Shown here piece after piece: positions 16,476-23,569 of a stretch of 37,261 nt of DNA (position 1 is the first letter of the stretch; each line of letters starts with the position of its first letter). Both the position numbers and the translations under genes were made by a program. Location of the stretch: positions 1 to 37,261 of the IMG/VR virus record IMGVR_UViG_3300031999_002039, one strand, 5' to 3'. The stretch comes from a virus (taxonomy: Duplodnaviria; Caudoviricetes). The notes under the pieces were generated by a model, which ran no database searches, had not been told where the DNA came from, and saw only the letters and a list, made by a program, of their open reading frames with translations.

Positions 16476-17263
16476 GTGACGATAAAGTAATACAATATTC
16501 ACTGACAGGAGCGGCGCCTACAATTTACTACATGTATGCTTCTAAAATACAGAAATATTGTGAAGAGAATGGAATTAATTTCAGTCTAAAAAATTCTGAA
16601 AATAACCTAAAAGAAACACTGTGTAAGGACAATCGCCATACTATTTCTTTTTGTCCGATAGACTTTTATATCAAGTTGGTAGATTTTTGTAAGGAGGCCA
16701 AAAAAATCAAAAAAGAGTTTGATTGTTTTATGGGATGTAATTTGTCAATGGGGTCACATATAGGCACGTTTGATTCTAACAATCCACATTTGTATTTATC
16801 CATAACGTTTTTCTTTATTATGGACAAGAAAGTGGTTATGAAATGGAAATTGATTCCACACATTGAAGATGAAAAAAAAGTCATAAATGAAGGAATTGTT
16901 ATTAGAAATGGTAAAGTTTCTGTATTTTCATATAAACGAATCAATAAAATGGCATGGAAAATATATGATGGTTATTATGACCATCTTATTTTAGCTCCCG
17001 GAACACTTTTCATTCACGGTCTTATTACAGGATTAAAACTTGGTAAATTTGACCATGACCATATAGATTATGTAAAAGACCGAGCAGCAATTATAAAACA
17101 TATCGACCAATTTAATTCAAAATATGGTACAACCATGTATTTGTCAGATGATGATAAAGTATTGAATACTCCGGGCGGTCTAAATGTTATGTGTGAACAG
17201 GCAGTAAAAGACGGTGTGAAGTATCCATATACAACCAGTTGTATAAAAAGAATGTCAGAGTAA
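16472..17263 (+). CDS. Hypothetical protein
   Basis: 263-aa ORF coupled to the previous gene by an ATGA overlap; no motif recognised. Confidence 0.75.
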   Translation: MSDDKVIQYSLTGAAPTIYYMYASKIQKYCEENGINFSLKNSENNLKETLCKDNRHTISFCPIDFYIKLVDFCKEAKKIKKEFDCFMGCNLSMGSHIGTFDSNNPHLYLSITFFFIMDKKVVMKWKLIPHIEDEKKVINEGIVIRNGKVSVFSYKRINKMAWKIYDGYYDHLILAPGTLFIHGLITGLKLGKFDHDHIDYVKDRAAIIKHIDQFNSKYGTTMYLSDDDKVLNTPGGLNVMCEQAVKDGVKYPYTTSCIKRMSE

Positions 17264-18136
17264 AATATCTACACTCTCTTTGCCTATCAATGTTCCTGTT
17301 ATGTTACAGTGTTTACATGCTGGATTGTTAGTTCTGTCTCCAGTGATAAGTGATTTACGAACTTTGGTAAATTCTTCACCAAACCAAATCTCTCTGAGAC
17401 TTTGTTCATTGATATTACCAAATCCCTTATGCCTTCTAAGCCAATCATTACAACACAATAATACATCACCATTCCAATCAATAACCAGTTTGTAAAATGG
17501 CAAATAACACTGGCCACTGTAGGTCTTGTCTTCTTTTATGGATGATACTGCACCTGAACGATTGTTGAACTTATTCTTTTCAACGAACGTCTTTATGTCT
17601 TCGTCTGGATTACGCCACAGTTTACGTATCTCATATGATGATTGTGGTATATTCGACTCTTGAAAGAGTAAATCAAATTTCTCTTTACTTTCGGGACCAT
17701 CGTAACAACTTATTATCATGAAATCCAAACCACACTCATAGATTTCTTTCAAATTCATCTTATTCAAACAATCACCGTTGTTGGTTATTGTTACACGGTT
17801 GTTTGGTAAGTGTATCTTCAACGTCTTTACGATATCAAAGATTTTTTTGTGTAAAAATGGTTCACCAAAACCTGAAATATGAATGTCTCCGGTGTATTTT
17901 TCTTCCTTACATTTTCGGGCGAAATTGTCCACGGTTTCTATGGACATGTGGAGATTTCTATTCTTATAGACGGTTGCATCGCCTCTTGGACAAAACTTAC
18001 ACGTCCTAGTACAAAGTTCGGTAATGCATAATTCAACTACTGCCAACCCCTTTAGATGTTCTTTGAACGATTCCGTCTGTGAGTTGATGTAGTATCTGTC
18101 AAATCTTTTTTCAAGATGTTCTGTTGAATTTACCAT
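17255..18136 (-). CDS. Radical SAM enzyme with SPASM/twitch domain (paralogue of 14662-15546)
   Basis: Likely start MVNSTE at 18136; CTRTCKFC, GFGEP, CYLPFYK..DWNGDVLLCC..CKHC. Confidence 0.9.
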   Translation of the reverse strand: MVNSTEHLEKRFDRYYINSQTESFKEHLKGLAVVELCITELCTRTCKFCPRGDATVYKNRNLHMSIETVDNFARKCKEEKYTGDIHISGFGEPFLHKKIFDIVKTLKIHLPNNRVTITNNGDCLNKMNLKEIYECGLDFMIISCYDGPESKEKFDLLFQESNIPQSSYEIRKLWRNPDEDIKTFVEKNKFNNRSGAVSSIKEDKTYSGQCYLPFYKLVIDWNGDVLLCCNDWLRRHKGFGNINEQSLREIWFGEEFTKVRKSLITGDRTNNPACKHCNITGTLIGKESVDILL

Positions 18137-19104
18137 TATTTCAATTTGGTAGCATGGGCGTAGGCGATACATGATTCACATGCGGTGCCAGTAACATCCT
18201 TTTTCAAATGGGCAGCCCTAAACTTCTGAAATCCTTCTGAATTCCAAGCATCCATGAATGATTCTTTGTTCAAATCACCGACTTGGAATTTGCCTGAACC
18301 ATCGAAACAACAGACAGTAAGACCACCATCCGCCCTTACATGACCTTCGGTAAATACCGACCAACAAGGAAGTGGGTCCACCAAAGCACCTATGCGGCCC
18401 TGATTACCCGCGGTGGGCCTATAACCAAGTTCTTCTTCTCGTGTGGTTGCAAAACTTGCCATCGAATACAAAGGAAGCCAATAATGTTTATCCACATAAG
18501 GTCTGATATTCTCATTCAGGAAATTTTCCATTTTACCTTCTTGAGTTTTGTCATATTGAATGGAACTGGCTGATAACTTGGTTTTATATCCTTTTTCATT
18601 TCGGATTTTAAATGCTTCTTGGATGTTCTTAATTGTATTTCTAAACATCTTTGGTGATACAGCCATGATGGTAGCAAATTGGGCTTCGTCACAAGCATTA
18701 ACCGACCATTTCAGAGAATCCAAGCCGGCCTTCATGACACGTTCTACTATGGCCGGAGTCGCCAGTGACCCGTTGGAAGTCAGGAAGACATAAGGCATAC
18801 CAATCTCTTTCAGATAGAGGATGGCTGCTTCAAGTAAATCAGGATTGATGGTGGATTCACCAATGTAGAATACGCCTATTTCTTCAACGCCCGCATCCAA
18901 CATTTCTTTGGTGATTCGTTTGAACAAGTTCAAATCCATGTCGGTTTTGGGTTGAACCACACGGGCGGATAGAGAACAGAATCCACAACGGAAGTTGCAT
19001 CGAGGAGATAATTCTATCTTAACTGAGCGGGGCGCGGGAATGATGGTTTTAAGCCTATCAACCGGAATCTTTGTTATACTGTCAATTCTTTGTGTGATAT
19101 CCAT
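18136..19104 (-). CDS. Radical SAM enzyme with SPASM/twitch domain
   Basis: CNFRCGFC, IGE, TSNG; PCWSVF..DGGLTVCCFD..GDL..W..CESC. Confidence 0.9.
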   Translation of the reverse strand: MDITQRIDSITKIPVDRLKTIIPAPRSVKIELSPRCNFRCGFCSLSARVVQPKTDMDLNLFKRITKEMLDAGVEEIGVFYIGESTINPDLLEAAILYLKEIGMPYVFLTSNGSLATPAIVERVMKAGLDSLKWSVNACDEAQFATIMAVSPKMFRNTIKNIQEAFKIRNEKGYKTKLSASSIQYDKTQEGKMENFLNENIRPYVDKHYWLPLYSMASFATTREEELGYRPTAGNQGRIGALVDPLPCWSVFTEGHVRADGGLTVCCFDGSGKFQVGDLNKESFMDAWNSEGFQKFRAAHLKKDVTGTACESCIAYAHATKLK

Positions 19105-19126
19105 AATACACGATACATATAGCAGA

Positions 19127-19786
19127 ATGAATTACATCATACATCAAACTTGGAAAAATGGCAACTTAGATGAAGAACAGAGTTTATGGGTTGATTCTAT
19201 AAAAAAAGCATATCCAAATTACAAATATAAGTTCTGGTCCGACGATGACAATTTGTGGTTGATTAGAATTAGACATCCTGAGTTTCTAAAGTTTTATGAA
19301 ACTCTTAATGCTGTAGAAAAGATTGATTTCGTAAGACACCTATACATCTACAACTATGGAGGTATTTATTTGGACATAGATGTTAAAATGAACAAACCTT
19401 TGGTATTGGAAGGTGCCGATGTATTTCTTTGCGATCAAACTGAGGAAGTAAATACTGAAAAAGTAGAATTTCTTGTGGACCCGTTCTTTTTAGCTGGTGA
19501 GGAAAAGTGTTCATTTTTCTACTCAATGTGCGAATCAATGATGCGAGGAACTATCTATAATATCCTATCATCCAAAACCGACAAGAAATACCACGAAACT
19601 TTGTATAAAACTGGCCCCTATATGTTCACAAAGTTTTACTTGATAAACAAACACAAATACAACATCAAAGTTCTAAAAGATGTGTTTACCACTAAGTATT
19701 ATGAAACCGACACTCCAAAAGAACAGTTTTATGGTATCCACATGCAATTTAATTCGTGGTTAAACCCGGAAGACCGTCGCCGCTAA
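19127..19786 (+). CDS. GT32-like (DxD) glycosyltransferase
   Basis: Start MNYIIHQTWK at 19127; FWSD, DFVR..Y.YGGIYLDID, TGP and H..NSW motifs. Confidence 0.85.
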   Translation: MNYIIHQTWKNGNLDEEQSLWVDSIKKAYPNYKYKFWSDDDNLWLIRIRHPEFLKFYETLNAVEKIDFVRHLYIYNYGGIYLDIDVKMNKPLVLEGADVFLCDQTEEVNTEKVEFLVDPFFLAGEEKCSFFYSMCESMMRGTIYNILSSKTDKKYHETLYKTGPYMFTKFYLINKHKYNIKVLKDVFTTKYYETDTPKEQFYGIHMQFNSWLNPEDRRR

Positions 19787-19859
19787 TTAAGTTTTTTGAT
19801 GTTTACTTTGATATTTATGTAAATGAAGAAGTATGCGTTTAAGCTGCTTCAATATACCA

Positions 19860-20846
19860 ATGAAAGATAAATTATTTTCAAAATCCAAGTTTCCTTGGAT
19901 ATTAGGTGGGTCGGCGTTACTTGTAGCGTTGTGTGCAGCATTTTTTAGCGTTTATGGTATTGCAACGTTGTTTGCTGGTGCTTCCATATCTGCCATGATA
20001 ATGGCATCATCACTTGAAATAGGTAAATTGGTAGGTACTACCTTTCTTTATCGTTATTGGACAAAATGCAAATGGTTATTGAAATCGTATTTAACTGCTT
20101 CTATTCTAGTATTGATGGTTATTACATCATTGGGTATTTTTGGTTTCTTATCCGCTGCCTATCAAAAATCCGCAATCGAATTTGGAGTAACACAGGAGAA
20201 AATAACATCTATGCAAGACCAAAAAACATATTACAAAGACAAGATTGTGGCGGCCAAGAAACGTATAGATGACCTCACTAAACTTAGAGCCACCCAAGAA
20301 TCACGAATGGGAGAGGCTTACACAAATGAATTCATATCAAGAAATCCTATACAGTTAAGACAGATTCAACAACAGACGGTGGATTTGATAACTGATACAG
20401 ATAAGAACATAAAAGAAGAAAACCAAAAGATTCAGTCATCCATAGAAGATGTTCGTAAAGTGGATGAACAGGTAAATGAATTGAAGTTGGGAACGGCTGT
20501 CAAAAAAGACGTTCAAACATTTAAATTCGTAGCCGATGCTTTGGGTGTATCGTTGGATACTGTTGCTCGATGGTTTATTTTATCCATTATCTTTGTATTT
20601 GACCCTCTTGCTATTAGTCTAATTTTAGCATATAACGTAGCAGTCTATAAAAAGGAAGATGAATCTGTATATGATAATACACCATCTACTCCTATTAAAA
20701 CCACAGTAGAACCAATCCCCGTGACACCAGAACCAATCCCCGTGACACCAGAACCAATATCACAAGAATCTCCAACTGTAGAGAAAGTATTAGAAAAAGA
20801 TAACGTGCCAGTGTCAGAGTGGTTTAGACAAATGTTTAAACTTTAA
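19860..20846 (+). CDS. Multi-pass membrane protein with coiled-coil loop
   Basis: Three N-terminal hydrophobic segments (SLEIGKLV), long coiled coil, FVFDPLA TM segment, Pro/Thr/Glu tail; start 19860 or 19833. Confidence 0.78.
   Translation: MKDKLFSKSKFPWILGGSALLVALCAAFFSVYGIATLFAGASISAMIMASSLEIGKLVGTTFLYRYWTKCKWLLKSYLTASILVLMVITSLGIFGFLSAAYQKSAIEFGVTQEKITSMQDQKTYYKDKIVAAKKRIDDLTKLRATQESRMGEAYTNEFISRNPIQLRQIQQQTVDLITDTDKNIKEENQKIQSSIEDVRKVDEQVNELKLGTAVKKDVQTFKFVADALGVSLDTVARWFILSIIFVFDPLAISLILAYNVAVYKKEDESVYDNTPSTPIKTTVEPIPVTPEPIPVTPEPISQESPTVEKVLEKDNVPVSEWFRQMFKL
20708..20758 (+). repeat. In-frame 21-bp tandem repeat (about 2.4 copies; EPIPVTP)
   Basis: AGAACCAATCCCCGTGACACC x2 plus AGAACCAAT. 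Confidence 0.9.
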
Positions 20847-20849
20847 CAC

Positions 20850-20878
20850 TTGCCAAATCTTATGATATGGACTAAACT
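20850..20878 (+). promoter_or_regulatory. Sigma70-type promoter
   Basis: TTGCCA-17 bp-TAAACT upstream of the operon containing the sigma-like gene. Confidence 0.55.
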
Positions 20879-20953
20879 GTGAACGTTAAAATTTTTGGCA
20901 TTTGAATAATTGTTCAACTATGTATGTCGCTGATTACCCTAGCGTAATCTACG

Positions 20954-21088
20954 ATGAATCAAACTGATATAAACTACATAGTGGAGCTGTTAAACAAAGC
21001 CGTAAAAAGACAAGACTGGGATTTCGTAACTGAGGCTCTTGAGTATTCTCAAGAATTTCAGGACGACCCTCAGTATGAAGAAGAATAG
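20954..21088 (+). CDS. Small acidic hypothetical protein (44 aa), absent from ORF track
   Basis: MNQTDINYIVELLNKAVKRQDWDFVTEALEYSQEFQDDPQYEEE; stops 3 nt before the next ATG. Confidence 0.65.
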   Translation: MNQTDINYIVELLNKAVKRQDWDFVTEALEYSQEFQDDPQYEEE

Positions 21089-21091
21089 CAT

Positions 21092-21382
21092 ATGCTAATC
21101 ACAGTTATATTACTATCGGTATTGTTAACAGCATCTATCGTCGCTAACTTCCTTCTTTGGAGAGCCGGAGAACGCCTACTCATAATAAGTGAACTTTATG
21201 AAGATTGGATATCCGAATGGAGATCCGAAGTCCTTAAGACTTGGATGCACATGAAATTGCTTGATGAAAAGCAAATGTTCGAAAAGGATGATGAAGTTGG
21301 AGTTGTCTTTCAAGACATGATGGCTCTTATCCAGAGTCTCAATGATAGAACCGAAGAAACTACGGAAAAAGAAGGAGAATAA
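21092..21382 (+). CDS. Small protein with N-terminal TM helix
   Basis: Hydrophobic N-terminus; FEKDDEVGVVF segment. Confidence 0.78.
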   Translation: MLITVILLSVLLTASIVANFLLWRAGERLLIISELYEDWISEWRSEVLKTWMHMKLLDEKQMFEKDDEVGVVFQDMMALIQSLNDRTEETTEKEGE

Positions 21383-21390
21383 ACTTTTCT

Positions 21391-22320
21391 ATGAAGAAGA
21401 AAAAAGTCCTAGCGAATCGTCGTGTCCAAAAATCCACTAAAAAGATTAAGAACAACAAAGTCAAAAAGATTGTTGTTCGTCGTAAGTATAAAAAGCGAGC
21501 CGAAAAAATTCCAGTAGTAACAATAACTACTCCTGTCGTTGAAGTTCCTATAGTGACTGCACCAGTGACCACGGAAGAACCACCAAAAAAAGGAAGGCGT
21601 GGTAGAAGAGGAAAAGGAACGGGGTCTGATAAAATGTATTTCACCAAAGAAACTGAGGATTACATTATAGCATATAACTCAACCGAAGATACTCAAATCC
21701 GAGAAGACCTTTACAATAACAAAATCAAATATCCATTTGAGAAGTTGGTGGAAAACATATTCAACACATTCAAGTTTAGTTATTTTGAAACCGGTCCATT
21801 GGATGTTCAGAAAGAAACGGTTGCTCATTTGGTATCAAACATGCATAAGTTTGAGGCTGGAAAGGGTAAAGCATTTTCATATTTTTCCATCATTGCTAAA
21901 CATTATCTCATTGCATTGAACAATACTACCTACAAGAGACGTAATCAACACGTTGAGATAGGCGAAGAACACGACGAACATACAGTTCAACTTCAAACCG
22001 AAGATAAACATTACAAGGAAGCTGAGATGCGTGACTTTATGCGTCTTATGATTGAATTTTGGGAAAACAATGTAGGTAAGATATTTACAAAACAACGTGA
22101 CTTGGATATTGCCAATGCGGTTATTGAACTTTTTAGGAGTTCGGAGAGAATAGATGCTTTCAATAAAAAGGCTTTGTATCTTTACATCAGAGAAATTTCA
22201 TCTTGTAAAACCCAACAAATTACAAAAGTCATTAATAAAATGAAACAGTATCAATCTAACATTTCTAAATCTTATATGAATAGAGGGTCTATAAATACGG
22301 AAAATCATATCAAAATGTGA
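21391..22320 (+). CDS. Phage sigma factor-like protein (T4 gp55-like, late transcription)
   Basis: KFEAGKGKAFSYFSIIAKHYLI resembles sigma region 2 (gp55 F.P.K..F.YFT.I); basic low-complexity N-terminal extension. Confidence 0.62.
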   Translation: MKKKKVLANRRVQKSTKKIKNNKVKKIVVRRKYKKRAEKIPVVTITTPVVEVPIVTAPVTTEEPPKKGRRGRRGKGTGSDKMYFTKETEDYIIAYNSTEDTQIREDLYNNKIKYPFEKLVENIFNTFKFSYFETGPLDVQKETVAHLVSNMHKFEAGKGKAFSYFSIIAKHYLIALNNTTYKRRNQHVEIGEEHDEHTVQLQTEDKHYKEAEMRDFMRLMIEFWENNVGKIFTKQRDLDIANAVIELFRSSERIDAFNKKALYLYIREISSCKTQQITKVINKMKQYQSNISKSYMNRGSINTENHIKM

Positions 22321-22366
22321 TTTATAAAAATCAAGATAAAAAGTGGTGTACATGTGATAAAAAATT

Positions 22367-22636
22367 ATGATTGATGCAAAAATTGTTAAAAATAGTTTGT
22401 TTAAACAACGAATTCCTATAAAAATAGATATTAAAAAAGAATTAGAATCTATTGAATCGGATATTATCAAACGAACTGAATTGGGATTTGATTATTATTA
22501 TTGGCATATAAAATCATCAGATATATTTATTCCTCATAATCAAATCTTTGAAATTTTAGATATTTTATTATTAAATAATTATAAAATAGAATATTATAAT
22601 GGTTTAACAATGAAATGTTATGTAATACGTTGGTGA
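22367..22636 (+). CDS. Hypothetical protein (very AT-rich)
   Basis: 89-aa ORF converging on the ART-like gene. Confidence 0.6.
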   Translation: MIDAKIVKNSLFKQRIPIKIDIKKELESIESDIIKRTELGFDYYYWHIKSSDIFIPHNQIFEILDILLLNNYKIEYYNGLTMKCYVIRW

Positions 22637-22642
22637 TCTATA

Positions 22643-23125
22643 TTATTTAGTTATATCAGTATTATTTAAATTAAATTGACCATTATTTCCGATTGCAGAT
22701 TTGACTTGGTTTGATTTAAAGACAACCCAACTATCGCCGGCTCCTTCATATTCATTTTCATAAACTATCCCATCATATTTTTCTTTTTTAGCTTTTTCTA
22801 TTTCCAAATCCCAATTATCAAGTACATCTTTAATTCTTTTTGGATTTTCTATTTTTAAATAAACAGGATAAATTGCAACTTTTTGATTTCTTACAGGAAG
22901 GCCACTAGCATCGTAGTAAAATCCTTCTATAGTTTTATTATTTGCTTGATTAAATGTACCAAAGTGAGATTTAGACCTAAAAACATTAAAACCAGCTTTT
23001 GGTGTTGCGTGATACATAATTAAAGGATTTCCATCACCATCAACAACTTTACTATTACCAAACCACCTTTTAAATTCGGGAGTGTCGGTTATAGATTCTA
23101 ACAAAATTGATTTTAATTTTATCAT
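22643..23125 (-). CDS. ADP-ribosyltransferase-like protein (ART-PolyVal-like)
   Basis: FKRWFGNSKVVD.DG.PL.MYHAT, HFGT, YPVYLKIENP, YDGIVYEN..EG, WVVF..NQVKSAIGNNGQF. Confidence 0.65.
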   Translation of the reverse strand: MIKLKSILLESITDTPEFKRWFGNSKVVDGDGNPLIMYHATPKAGFNVFRSKSHFGTFNQANNKTIEGFYYDASGLPVRNQKVAIYPVYLKIENPKRIKDVLDNWDLEIEKAKKEKYDGIVYENEYEGAGDSWVVFKSNQVKSAIGNNGQFNLNNTDITK

Positions 23126-23131
23126 ATTGTT

Positions 23132-23178
23132 TATAAATAGATAATAAGTTAGTAAATCGTGATACGTTTCTATTTATA
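23132..23178. promoter_or_regulatory. Back-to-back TATTTATA motifs for the divergent genes
   Basis: TATAAATA at 23132-23139 (TATTTATA on minus, before the 23125 start) and TATTTATA at 23171-23178 (before the 23186 start). Confidence 0.6.
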
Positions 23179-23185
23179 GTCATAT

Positions 23186-23566
23186 ATGGATACCGATTTT
23201 GAATTATTTGATGGCAAGTCCTTTAAGGGCTTGTGTAAAGATATTGTCTCTAATCAATCGAACCGTAAGGAACAGATTGAGATTTTCATTGCAGATTTGC
23301 GTCCAATGATTAAGACAATTAATGACGCCATGCAAGTCGTCCCACTCATAAAACAATACATTGACGCTGGTATTTCAAACGACGAACATCTAGTAAAACT
23401 AGCACAGATTTGTCAAAGAATCATGGCACTTCAAGCCAGTGCTGAAAGTAATGGTGGGTCTTATGGTCTTACTGAGGAAGAAAAGAAAGACTTGATGAGT
23501 ACCATAAACGATATTCAAAAATCCGATTCGATAGTTGTAAAGACAATCTCTAAAGCAAAAGAATAA
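23186..23566 (+). CDS. Hypothetical phage protein
   Basis: 126-aa helical ORF leading the baseplate operon. Confidence 0.8.
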   Translation: MDTDFELFDGKSFKGLCKDIVSNQSNRKEQIEIFIADLRPMIKTINDAMQVVPLIKQYIDAGISNDEHLVKLAQICQRIMALQASAESNGGSYGLTEEEKKDLMSTINDIQKSDSIVVKTISKAKE

Positions 23567-23569
23567 GGT

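Noticed and set aside
14662-19104. RiPP (ranthipeptide/sactipeptide) cluster
   Set aside because: No precursor peptide, RRE domain, peptidase or transporter is evident; the rSAMs are short twitch-type enzymes among glycosyltransferases.
20708-20758. CRISPR array or regulatory repeat
   Set aside because: Spacer-less, in-frame 21-bp duplication encoding a Pro-rich linker; no repeat-spacer array was seen anywhere in the window.
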